Shown here: piece after piece, positions 30,001 through 39,430 of the stretch
Position numbering within the stretch: position 1 is the first letter of the stretch
Layout: each line of letters starts with the position of its first letter
From: an uncultured Chthonomonadaceae bacterium
Lineage (GTDB): Bacteria > Armatimonadota > Chthonomonadetes > Chthonomonadales > Chthonomonadaceae
DNA: 64,000 bases
NCBI GenBank assembly: GCA_963835065.1
Contig: CAWIEK010000048.1
Location: 64,001 to 128,000 of the forward strand
Reading direction: 5' to 3'
The notes under the pieces: generated by a model
Told to the model about the DNA's origin: nothing
The model's input: the letters and a program-made list of their open reading frames with translations, nothing else
The model's database searches: none
Translations under genes and position numbers: made by a program

Positions 30001-32491
30001 AAAGCGACTGAGCAAGGCGGCAAAACGCCGACCAGTTTCACCTACTACGAGCCAAGCGGCCTGCCTAAAACGATCAGTACGCCCAGGCCGGGAACGCAGG
30101 GGAGTGGAACCGTCACAACCGCGCTCACCTACGACGGCCTGGGCAATATCCTCACCATCATTGCGCCCGGCAACAACGCTACGATTGTCAACGGCGTGGA
30201 TCAGGGCATTACCACGACGTTCAACTACAGTCTGACCCGGCCTTCAACTATCTACAGGCCGCGCAGATTGCACAGCCGATTACGGTCACAGACAACCTGG
30301 GACACACCACCCACCTGCGTTACGATGCCAGAGGCAATCAGACAATCGTATAGACGAATGAGGAAATGAAACTGATTTACGTTCAATATCGCCAATCAAC
30401 TGCTGACCACAACCGCGCCTGCAACCGGCGAAAATGGGGCAGGCCGCGCTTATACGCTCAACGCCTATTTGTACCCGGAAGGGCCGCAAACCGGCACGAC
30501 GGCGTATGATGAAAGCGGCGTGGCGATGCGGCAAGTCAAGTACGGCTATGGCGCGGAAGGGGAGCGTTTGTCTACAACGGCGATTTCCAGCGGCGGAAAC
30601 ACCACGCTTGCATCGCAGACGTATGACTCACTGTACCGTGTCAAGACGGTTTCGGATGGCAATAACCATGCCACAACGTATACCTACAACGCGGCGGGAT
30701 ATGTGTCAAAAATCGCCTATCCCGGCGTCAGCGGCGCTTATGATACGGTCCAGTACCCATCCTACGATGCGCTGGGCAACCCCTTGCAGCGTATTGATGG
30801 CAGGGGAATTGTCACCAACTTTACTTACAATGACCCGGAAAACCGGCTGACCGACGTGCAGTACCCAACCTATCTATCCCTGAACATCCATCTGGCTTAC
30901 GATGGTTATAGTCGACGGTCCGGCATGACGGACGGCACGGGCAGCAACAGCTACACGTATGACGACGGCAACCGCCCGCTTTCCGCGACAACCGCATATA
31001 CGGGCATACTCACGCAAGGGATTACATACAGCTACTTTGCGGATGGCAGTCGCCAGACCATGACCTCGCCTGCGGGCGTTTTCAGCTACGCTTATGACGC
31101 CGGACAGCGCATGACTTCGCTGACTAATCCGCTTGGCGAAACGTCAAGCTGGAGTTATCAGGTAAACAACTGGCTGCGAACGCAGACGTTGGGCAACGGC
31201 GTCACGAGTGCGTACACCAACGATGCGCGGGGACTCGTTACCAACCTGACCACGCAGGCAAGCTTGGGACGCAACCTGTCCGCGTTCAGCAGCATGGCGT
31301 ATGACGGCGTGGGCAATCGCGCAACCCTGACGGCAACAATTGCTGGCATTCCGACCCTGAGCGGCCAGACGCGCTACGGCTATGACTACAAGAACCAGCT
31401 TGTTCAGGAACAGTCCACGCGGGGTGGCAGCTACAACAACGCCTTCGCCTATGATCCGGCAGGCAACCCGACAACGTTCCGGGGCGTGTCTTTCGGCTAC
31501 AACGCGGACAACCAGAACACTACGTTCGGGTACGACGGCAACGGTAATCCGACGAGCTACAGGGGCGCAACGCTGGCCTTCGACCCGGAAAACCATCTCA
31601 TTGCCTATGCTCAGGCAATGACTGCGGGCTACACTGGCGACGGACTGCGTGCATGGAAGCAGACTCCCGCCCCACGAAGCAAAACCTACTTTCTTTACGA
31701 CGGCCTCACGCCTATTTGTGAACTAGACAACCTGGGTAAGGTCAAGGCCATCAACACGTTCGGCGCAAACGGCCTGCTGTCGCGCCGTTCCACGACAGGC
31801 AACGTCTTCTACACCTTCGACCCACAGGGCAACGTTGCGCAACGCCTGGACGCGCAGGGCAATGTGCTGAATTCCGTCCTGTTCGACGCCTACGGCAACG
31901 GCAGTAGCATGGGTGCTTCCCTGATCTGACCCCTTCGGATACGAAGCGCAATGGGGCTACTACCACGACACCGAAACCGAACTCTATCTGCTCGGCTTCC
32001 GCTACTATGATGCTGCAACCGGGCATTTTCTGATACGTGATCCAATTGGGGTAGAAGGAGGGATTAACCTCTACGGTTATGTTGCGGGGAACTCAGTAAA
32101 AAATATTGATCCGGCCTGGCTTATTCCGACAGGTTCTGGGAATATGTCTGTGTGTCCTACAAATAGTGGCTCGTTGCTAACGGTTTATCGAGTTGGCAAC
32201 AAGGGTGGTCTATGGTGGTCTGCCGAAGATCCGACCAAGGATCCAGATTATTTCGAGCACTATGGTATACCCTCCGACAACAATCCGGGAACGCCTATTT
32301 ACAAAGGGGAGGTTGATTATTCAGACTTTGGGTCCGGTTGGTATATTGAACCCGCGATGGCACCAGACGGTACATGGTTAAATAACGGTAAATTTCAAAT
32401 TATAATACCAAACGCATTATTAACGGTTCATAATGAACAAAGATTACCAGACGTGCCACCAGGCTTCTTCAACCCTTACCATTACCCTTAA
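27034..32491 (+). CDS. Large Rhs/YD-repeat protein with N-terminal TPR-like and peptidase C39 domains and a C-terminal toxin-like domain (several frameshifts)
   Basis: Signal-like start; CGAAGLA...HDHYIAVVD C39 triad-like residues; many YD repeats; core GFRYYDAATGHFLIRDPIGVEGGINLYGYV...DPAWL; distinct lower-GC tip. Confidence 0.85.
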
Positions 32492-32522
32492 CATTGCTGG
32501 CCCACTTTGCCCTATCGGTTAT

Positions 32523-32654
32523 TCACGCCAGCCATAATTCATCGTGACTTCGGCCTGCATCCGACAAACCGAATTCCGTCCCGCAGGAAGGGCAAATCTT
32601 CCACTTCAAGCGCAGGGGCATTTCAGGGTATCCACATCTCGGGCAGGGTTTCAT
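32523..32654 (-). pseudogene. Truncated paralog of the 35161..35448 Cys-rich protein
   Basis: MKPCPRCGYPEMPLRLKWKICPSCGTEFGLSDAGRSHDELWLA*; its DNA is a close copy of 35329-35462. Confidence 0.8.
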
Positions 32655-32674
32655 GCGCAGTATCCTCTTGTCTG

Positions 32675-33043
32675 CTATGGCCGCTGCTCAACACGCATTT
32701 CGCCTTGATCAGCCCAATCAATGAACAAGTGGTTGCCATCCAGCAGTGAGGTTCCCAGAAGCGGGTCACTATCCATTGCAAGTACAGCCACCTTTAATGT
32801 TGCGCCGTGCCAGAGGATGCTTCCCCGATAAACGCCTACTTTCGTCTGACTGCCATCTGCTAATTTGGCGAAGATTTCCTGCTGTTTTGGCAGGCCCAGC
32901 GCCATAATCGTAGCAATCGGCAGGGTCAAAGCCCCTTGAAGCCCTGTATCAATGGCGAACACAAGACTTACATCGGACAGAAGAGGGGAGTGAAGCATGA
33001 CCGGCAAACGCGCCTGTGAGCCAACGACATGCCCTTGCATCAT
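32675..33043 (-). CDS. Clan AA (retropepsin-like) aspartic protease
   Basis: AIDTG, LADGS, PLLGTSLL. Confidence 0.85.
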   Translation of the reverse strand: MMQGHVVGSQARLPVMLHSPLLSDVSLVFAIDTGLQGALTLPIATIMALGLPKQQEIFAKLADGSQTKVGVYRGSILWHGATLKVAVLAMDSDPLLGTSLLDGNHLFIDWADQGEMRVEQRP

Positions 33044-33126
33044 TGCATTGTCCGGGGCAGCGCGCCGCCAACGGCGTAAACAGCGTCATAACCAATGCGT
33101 TCTCCCCAAATGGCCGCATCCGGGTG

Positions 33127-33324
33127 TCACGCCAATAGACGATCTCCTGCGGTAAGCAAGTCGGCATCTACTTCATAATCACCGGAATTGACATCAATGG
33201 AAACGATTTTGCCGATGTTCGCTTCTGTTTCCACCTGCGCGCGAATTTTGCCCTGATAAAGTTCGCGCCCCCGCTGTTCGACGGCATTATCCGTAGCGTG
33301 TTCTGGTTTCATTGTCTCTCCCAC
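33127..33324 (-). CDS. Small partner protein typically paired with clan AA protease genes (3' end probably frameshifted)
   Basis: RGRELY...IRAQVE...GKIVSIDVNSGDYEV directly upstream of the protease. Confidence 0.65.
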   Translation of the reverse strand: MGETMKPEHATDNAVEQRGRELYQGKIRAQVETEANIGKIVSIDVNSGDYEVDADLLTAGDRLLA

Positions 33325-33458
33325 TATCTCAGACAGTGTACCGATAGAGTTACGCAGCCGCGTTCTGCTTACTCCTGTGCCCGCCAGGCAGCGCGGGAAA
33401 ACGTAATCCTCTCCTGCAACTCCTGATGGATGTTATCCAGCCGTTGCGTGAAATGTTT

Positions 33459-33588
33459 TCAGCCGATCACAATGGTCTGCGCATCTGCTGAATCCTGTTC
33501 CCCCACAACAATGCGAACTTCGCGGTCGAGGGCGTTCAAGAAGCGCAACAGGCGATCCGTCGAATAGCCCTCCCACTGCCCGCGCAGG
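33459..33588 (-). pseudogene. C-terminal remnant of an XRE/HigA-like HTH antitoxin
   Basis: Minus-strand translation LRGQWEGYSTDRLLRFLNALDREVRIVV...; the 5' part is missing. Confidence 0.6.
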
Positions 33589-33738
33589 GGAGAAATGAAC
33601 CACGGAGGGCACGGAGAACACGGAGAAATTCAGGCTTGTTTCTGTTTGAGAGCCGGCCTGAACTTCACTTTTCCAAGGCTGCCTGAACGTGAGCCACCAT
33701 GTTTCTCAGGTTTTGATTGGTAGTCTCGTATCCAAGCC

Positions 33739-34150
33739 TTAAGGAATGACTTCAAAGGGCTGGTTGCCGTACCGCTGATACACGTAAAAGTCGCTATCAA
33801 GAGTGAAGATGCGGGAGACAGTTCAAGGTTTCAGCGGCGGCCACGAGAGAAGCATCCGCAAAGTCCATGGGAACGTTGCGATATTGCTCCATCAGTTCTG
33901 CCATACGCTTTTGCTCGGCTTCCCCGGCGAAATGAAAGCGTAACTGCCCGGTTAAGACATACTGCCAGAGCAAGCGCTGCAAAGGCCATCCGCCTGCGCG
34001 GTAGACCAGATACATCGCTTCGGTGAACGCAGGCCATGTCGTAATCAGTGGCCGCAAAAGAACAGGAAGAGCGGCTTTGCAGCGGGCGTTTGCTTCCGCT
34101 TGTTTTGTGTCCACCAGAGCAAAAAGGGGGCTGGCGTCGCAAAGCGTCAT
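33739..34150 (-). CDS. PIN-domain (VapC-like) toxin, frameshift near the 3' end
   Basis: LCDASPLFAL, TTWPAFTEAMY, PMDFADASLVAAAE, then IFTLDSDFYVY in another frame. Confidence 0.85.
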
Positions 34151-34429
34151 ATTTTGAACCCCATCTTTCGGTACTTTTCCAGCCATGATCTCACCAAAAG
34201 CAATTTCGCAGGAGTCGGTCTGAGGAACCGGCATTTCGCGTTCAATCCTGTCCGCTTCCGCCAGCAGAGCAGCCAGCGCTTTATCCAGCGTCTCGCCACT
34301 TTCGTTGGTGGAGACAGTTTTCAACTCTTCCAACATTAGAATGGCTTTAAATTTGCCTGTCAGGTTGCTGCCGCGAAGCTGCTCGGCAATCTCTTCTGTT
34401 GTTCCCTCATATATTTGCGGCAAAGCCAT
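34147..34429 (-). CDS. Putative antitoxin upstream of the PIN gene
   Basis: MALPQIYEGTTEEI... with RBS ggagg. Appears fused to the PIN gene, probably through an indel. Confidence 0.6.
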
Positions 34430-34542
34430 GTTCCTTACCTCCAGTTGGCTGCTATGGTCGCCGCTCACTATAGGTGATTGGACCATGAACAGTATACCAA
34501 TACTCCTCCGCCATGTCAAAGAACAAAACCTCTTTGTCATAT

Positions 34543-35118
34543 TCAAAGGTAAGAGCGCAGCCGCCGCAAGTTCTTGTTGAAACTCTCGACATCGAACATT
34601 TCCGGGTCGAATTTCCGGCCTGCCCAGGCCCGCATATCCTTGTATTCGGGATGAGTCGGGCTGCACAGTATCTTCAGCAGATTCGCATAGCCCCAAACCC
34701 CGCCACAGTCCTCCGGCGGGCAGGCGCGCTTTCCGTCCAGGCACAGAGGATACTTCGCATCCGGGGCGGCGGGGAGAACCTTTTCCAGGGTGACAACGTG
34801 CTGCCAGTTGTCGCCGAAGTCGTAATCGTATTCAAAAGTGGCCTTCGGTTCGCTTACCAACGCGGACAACTCCATAGTACGCTCGTCTTCCATCCGCAGC
34901 TCTTCCAATTCGCCTTCCCCGTAGGGCATTGTATATTTCTGCTCGCCGAAGGCAAACGAGTGCAGATGCGAGTTCGTCCAGCCCATCGCCGCCTGCAAAA
35001 CCAGATGCAGATCATCCAGCCGAATGTCGGCAGGAACCTGCACCCGACGCCAGATTTGCGGACGAACCCCGCCCAGGACAATTTTGAGCTGATACACGGT
35101 CGTTATTTGTTTTCGCAT
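34543..35118 (-). CDS. Plasmid pRiA4b ORF-3 family protein
   Basis: IWRRVQVP, LHLVLQAAMGWTNSHLHSF, YDYDFGDNWQH, RACPPEDCGG. Confidence 0.93.
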   Translation of the reverse strand: MRKQITTVYQLKIVLGGVRPQIWRRVQVPADIRLDDLHLVLQAAMGWTNSHLHSFAFGEQKYTMPYGEGELEELRMEDERTMELSALVSEPKATFEYDYDFGDNWQHVVTLEKVLPAAPDAKYPLCLDGKRACPPEDCGGVWGYANLLKILCSPTHPEYKDMRAWAGRKFDPEMFDVESFNKNLRRLRSYL

Positions 35119-35160
35119 GGTTTCCCCAATAACTCGCGCAACAGGCGTACCGAAGTCCGT

Positions 35161-35448
35161 TTACTTTGGGATGCTATCGCTTACCTGATCTGCCGCAACC
35201 ATGCTTTTCACGTCCTGGTCTGTGGCTTCGTATCCGACATTGCGTAATTGCGTAATCGGCGCCCAAAACGGCGGCTGAACAACAACGTTGCTCGTCCATT
35301 TCGCGCCGCTGGCTATCCATAATTGTCGTAATTCATCGTGACTTCGGCCTGCATCCGAAAGACCAAATTCCGTTCCACAGGAAGGGCAAATTTCCCATTT
35401 CAAGCGAAGGGGCATTTCAGGGTATCCACATACCGGACAGGGTTTCAT
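35161..35448 (-). CDS. Cys-rich Zn-ribbon protein, putative immunity protein
   Basis: CPVCG...ICPSCGTEFG; ATGA overlap with the upstream toxin-like gene. Confidence 0.7.
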   Translation of the reverse strand: MKPCPVCGYPEMPLRLKWEICPSCGTEFGLSDAGRSHDELRQLWIASGAKWTSNVVVQPPFWAPITQLRNVGYEATDQDVKSMVAADQVSDSIPK

Positions 35449-35792
35449 GCGCAGTTATCCTCGTAGTAGAGTTGATTCGTCGGAAAGTTGTGCGTCAACA
35501 ACAGTGAAAGACCGGGCGCAGCGTCGCAGTAAGGTATCGGTTTGAAGTAGGTGCGGATAATTCCAGCAGGAGAAACGACGCCAAATTTATCCGTCTGCTT
35601 GTTGAACCGTACAATGTCTCCATCTGCATCCAGACATTCTTGTGTAGAGTTCGCGCCACCAAGCGGGGCTTCCAGAAAAGCTTTCGCCAAATCAAGGTAA
35701 TCGTTCTCGCTTACAGTCCCAAATTGAGGACCGTGTTTAGCGGCATGTTCCGCCAACTTTAGCGCGTTCGCAAACCCTGTTGCTACCGACAC
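35445..35792 (-). CDS. Stand-alone polymorphic-toxin-like RNase domain (pyocin/colicin D-like)
   Basis: HAAKHGPQFG...YLDLAKAF...FGVVSPAGIIRTYFKP matches the HxxKHG...IxTxFKP toxin-tip pattern. Confidence 0.7.
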   Translation of the reverse strand: MSVATGFANALKLAEHAAKHGPQFGTVSENDYLDLAKAFLEAPLGGANSTQECLDADGDIVRFNKQTDKFGVVSPAGIIRTYFKPIPYCDAAPGLSLLLTHNFPTNQLYYEDNCA

Positions 35793-36026
35793 GGCAAATC
35801 CTCCGTATGCTACATCCGTTCGCTATCGCAGAAACAGTATACCAATACTCTTCTGCCGCGTCAAATAGCAGAGCCTCTTTTTCTCAAATGCTGCCCTGCT
35901 TTATTCCCCAATTTCTTTCCACAGCGCAGCCACAGCCGATACAGAGAAGGATTTTTCGCGCGTAATGGCGTATAAGCCATGCAGCAACCATCCGGTTACG
36001 GTGCTACCGTTCAGAAGGAGAAACCA

Positions 36027-36806
36027 ATGATGTCGAACCCAACGGCTTCCGTGCAGCTTATCGTTTTCGGGGCGCGGGGACAAGAGGATTTTGAGGGCGT
36101 TTTGCGCGACGTGTCGGCGGCGGGCTTTCCCGCAATTGAAGCCGGCAACCTGTTCAAGTCGCATGGCGAAGATATGACGCGCAAACTGCTTGACCAGTAC
36201 AACGTGCAGGTGTCGGGGGCGCATTTCGGGTATGGCGATTATGCCAACCCCGACGCGCTTGCCGGGCATATCGCGTATGCCAAATCCATCGGCCTGAAAA
36301 ACCTGATGTGTTCCGGCGTGTCGGACGCCAAAACCATTGAAGGTTACAAGCAATCGGCGCAGGTCTTCAATCAGGTCGGCAAGCGGCTTGCGGACGAGGG
36401 GCTTACGTTCAATTACCACAACCACGCCTGGGAATTCGACGACCTGGGCGGCACGAACGGCATGAAGATATTGGATGCGGAAACCGATCCCGCACTGGTG
36501 AAATACAACCTTGACGTGTTCTGGATACACTACGGCGGCCTTGATCCCGTCGCCTTCATCCAATCCCACGCCAACCGGACGGGGTACTTCCACTTCAAGG
36601 ATGGGCGCAAGGTGACGACGGACGGCAAGACGCAGCCTCACTTTTTGGAACTCGGCACGGGCGACGTGGATTTGAAAGCCGCGTTTGCCGCCGCGCAGGG
36701 CGTGGGCGCGCAGTGGATCGTAGCGGAGCAGGACCGCACCGAACTATCCCCCGCCGAATCCGTTGCCATCAGCCGCGCCTATTTGCGAGATGTACTTGGG
36801 GTGTAG
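36027..36806 (+). CDS. Sugar phosphate isomerase/epimerase (AP-endonuclease-2 TIM barrel)
   Basis: YHNHAWEF, NLDVFW, HFKD, ELGTGDVD, AEQD. Confidence 0.92.
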   Translation: MMSNPTASVQLIVFGARGQEDFEGVLRDVSAAGFPAIEAGNLFKSHGEDMTRKLLDQYNVQVSGAHFGYGDYANPDALAGHIAYAKSIGLKNLMCSGVSDAKTIEGYKQSAQVFNQVGKRLADEGLTFNYHNHAWEFDDLGGTNGMKILDAETDPALVKYNLDVFWIHYGGLDPVAFIQSHANRTGYFHFKDGRKVTTDGKTQPHFLELGTGDVDLKAAFAAAQGVGAQWIVAEQDRTELSPAESVAISRAYLRDVLGV

Positions 36807-37031
36807 GGGTGTTCAGTGTTCGGTACTCGGTGTTCGGTTTCGGTGTTGGGAAATGCGAAAAACGAGGAAGCAGGAGGTATACTCACCGATAGCGAATTAT
36901 ACCTTGCCGAATTTACAATATGGGTGTTAGGTGTTGGGTGTTGGGTATTTGGCTGAGGCACTTGCCGCACCAGAGTAAACTCCTGAAGTTTTGCATTTCC
37001 CAACACCGAACACCCAATACCCAACACCCAC
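36807..37031. repeat. Palindromic element of GGTGTTC/GGTGTTG heptamers
   Basis: ttcggtgttgggaaatgcgaaaa pairs with ttttgcatttcccaacaccgaa; internal gggtgttaggtgttgggtgttggg run. Confidence 0.85.
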
Positions 37032-37066
37032 CTTAATTTCCATTGCGAGGGAGCATTGAACCAGCT

Positions 37067-38230
37067 ATGAAACCAACGATGAATTTGATTCCGAAGCGTT
37101 CGCATCTGCTGCAAGGCATGGCGCTGTTGGGACTGACCGCCGCCCTGTTCGGCTGCGATCCCAAAAAAGGCGATGACGCCGGCGCGACTTCCAATGCCAC
37201 CACGCCGGCCAAATCCGCCACGTCCGACACAACCACGCCGACTGCCCCTGCCGCGTCCACCGCCTTTGATACGCCGCGCAAATCCAACGGCGATCTGACC
37301 TTCAAGGTGATTACGAATGGACGTGACCCGTTCTGGGACACGATGGGCAAAGGTCTGGATGTCGGCTTGAAAGAAGCCGGGGCCAAAGGAAGCTGGCTGC
37401 CGCCGGACAAGACCGACAATGTAGGCCAGAAAAACACCTTCGATCAGCAGGTGGCGGCGGGCGTGGACGGCATTGCGGTTTCGCCCATTATTGCCGACGC
37501 CTTCGCGTCCACCATTGACGACGCGATTGCCAAGAACATTCCCGTCGTCACCTTCGACTCGGATGCTCCCACAAGCAAGCGATTGGTGTACATCGGAACC
37601 AACAACTATCAGGCGGGCGTGGAAGCGGGGAGCGCCGCCGTGAAACTGTTTCCGAGCGGCGGCAATCTGGTTGCGTTTGTCGGCAACATGAGCGCCGACA
37701 ACGCCAAGCAGCGCTACCAAGGCTTTGTGGATACCGTCAAGGGCCACAACATCACGATGCTGCAAGACCCGTTTGAAGACAACAAAGATCAGGGCGGCAA
37801 AGCGCATACCAATGTCGTGGACGCCATGACCAAATACGGCGAAAAAATCAACGGCATGGTGGGCCTATATGCGTACAACGGCCCCGCGATTGTGGACGAA
37901 GTGGGCAAAGCCGGCAAGCAGGCCAACATCAAAATCATCTGCTTCGACGGCGTTTCCGCCACGCTGGAAAACCTGAGAAACAAGAAGATAGATGTGACCG
38001 TCGTGCAGCGTCCCTACGAGTTCGGGCGCGTGTCCGCCAAAGTGCTGACGCTCATCAACCGCAAGGGACTCAAAGCCGCACTGCAAGAACTCAAGCCCGA
38101 ACTGGAAAAAGAGGGCATGAAGGTAGACATTGACAAGCGCATTATTGACACGGGCGTTCAGGTAGTCACGCCGGAAACCTCCGCGCCGTTCCTCAAGGAA
38201 CTGGCAGACAAAGGACTGTCCTCAACGTAG
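37067..38230 (+). CDS. Sugar ABC transporter substrate-binding lipoprotein (RbsB-like)
   Basis: Lipobox LFGC; GVDGIAVSP, IPVVTFDSD, YIGTNNYQAG, VVQRPYEFG. Confidence 0.93.
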   Translation: MKPTMNLIPKRSHLLQGMALLGLTAALFGCDPKKGDDAGATSNATTPAKSATSDTTTPTAPAASTAFDTPRKSNGDLTFKVITNGRDPFWDTMGKGLDVGLKEAGAKGSWLPPDKTDNVGQKNTFDQQVAAGVDGIAVSPIIADAFASTIDDAIAKNIPVVTFDSDAPTSKRLVYIGTNNYQAGVEAGSAAVKLFPSGGNLVAFVGNMSADNAKQRYQGFVDTVKGHNITMLQDPFEDNKDQGGKAHTNVVDAMTKYGEKINGMVGLYAYNGPAIVDEVGKAGKQANIKIICFDGVSATLENLRNKKIDVTVVQRPYEFGRVSAKVLTLINRKGLKAALQELKPELEKEGMKVDIDKRIIDTGVQVVTPETSAPFLKELADKGLSST

Positions 38231-39289
38231 ATGGCTTCCAATCAAACCCCTCCCCAACCGCTGTCGCCCGCGCCTGTTCAGCCGCCGCCCTCCATCGGGC
38301 AGCGGTTGCTGGTGTGGCCGCAGCTTGCCACCAGTATCGTCCTGCTGATACTGGTGATTGTCATGGTGCTGTCGCCCATACGCTCGTCGTTTCTAAGTTC
38401 GGCGAACCTGCAAAACATCGCGCTGCAAACGTCGCTGCTGGCGATTTTCGCGATTGGCGAAACTGTTGTTATTATCACGGGCGGCATTGACCTGTCGCTC
38501 GGTTCGCTGATTGCCTTCACCAGTATGCTGCTGGCGTTTTTCGTAACCACTCTGGACAAGCGCATGTTTACGGGCGCGGCGGTGGCGTTGGGCATCGTCC
38601 TGACATTGCTGTTCGCGCTTGCTATCGGCTTTCTCCATGCCACCTTGATTCACAAGGTACGGCTGCCTCCGTTCGTGGTCACGCTGGTATCCCTGCTCGT
38701 GCTGCGCAGCCAGTCGTTTTTGATGAACCATGAGCAGCAGATTTCCATGCCGTCCAGCAAGTACCCGTTCTTCGATTGGCTGACCAACAGCAAGTTTTTT
38801 GCCAACACGCCCTTTGCCATTCCCATTCCCACCGTGCTGATGCTGCTCATTGCGGCGATTATCAGCATTGTGCTTGTTCGCACCCGCATGGGCCGGTATT
38901 TGTACAGCATCGGCAACAACGAGCAGGCCACTTTGCTGTCGGGCGTCAACACGTACAAGGTGAAGTTATTCGCGTATGGCGTCAGCGCTCTGCTTGGCGG
39001 CGTGGCGGGCATTTTGTACGCCGGGTACGCGCATCAGGGCGACCCGCAAATCGGCGTTGCGTATGAATTGGACGCGGTAGCGGCAGCCGTTGTCGGCGGC
39101 GCGAGTTTGAGCGGCGGGCGCGGCAGCGTGGCGGGAACCGTAATTGGCGCTCTGCTGCTGTTCTCGATTTCCACGACCATCAACCTGTCGCTGAACAACC
39201 AATCCTGGCGCGAAACCGTTGTCGGCGCGGTTCTGATGCTGGCCGTGCTGATTTCCGCCTTGCAGCAGCGCCGCCTCAAAACGCGCTGA
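38231..39289 (+). CDS. Sugar ABC transporter permease (RbsC-like)
   Basis: GGIDLSLGS, LPPFVVTL, YELDAVAAAVVGGASLSGGRG. Confidence 0.95.
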   Translation: MASNQTPPQPLSPAPVQPPPSIGQRLLVWPQLATSIVLLILVIVMVLSPIRSSFLSSANLQNIALQTSLLAIFAIGETVVIITGGIDLSLGSLIAFTSMLLAFFVTTLDKRMFTGAAVALGIVLTLLFALAIGFLHATLIHKVRLPPFVVTLVSLLVLRSQSFLMNHEQQISMPSSKYPFFDWLTNSKFFANTPFAIPIPTVLMLLIAAIISIVLVRTRMGRYLYSIGNNEQATLLSGVNTYKVKLFAYGVSALLGGVAGILYAGYAHQGDPQIGVAYELDAVAAAVVGGASLSGGRGSVAGTVIGALLLFSISTTINLSLNNQSWRETVVGAVLMLAVLISALQQRRLKTR

Positions 39290-39430
39290 ACGTCTAACGG
39301 ACAAACCACTTAAACATGGTACATTTTGCCGGTTACGCAGGACTGCCGCCAATTGTCCTATGGACACGGAGTGGGCTGTGTTTAAGTGGTTTGTCTGTAA
39401 TGATGGTTGTTTATGCGGATTGCGCTTTCT

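Noticed and set aside
33797..34744. 315 aa antitoxin-PIN fusion protein
   Set aside because: More likely two genes joined by an indel, with a spurious upstream extension overlapping the pRiA4b ORF-3 gene.
32500..35800. Integron cassette array
   Set aside because: No convincing attC sites or integrase seen by eye.
37067..39289. Sugar ABC transporter lacking an ATPase as a novel system
   Set aside because: ATPase subunits are often encoded elsewhere; not unusual.
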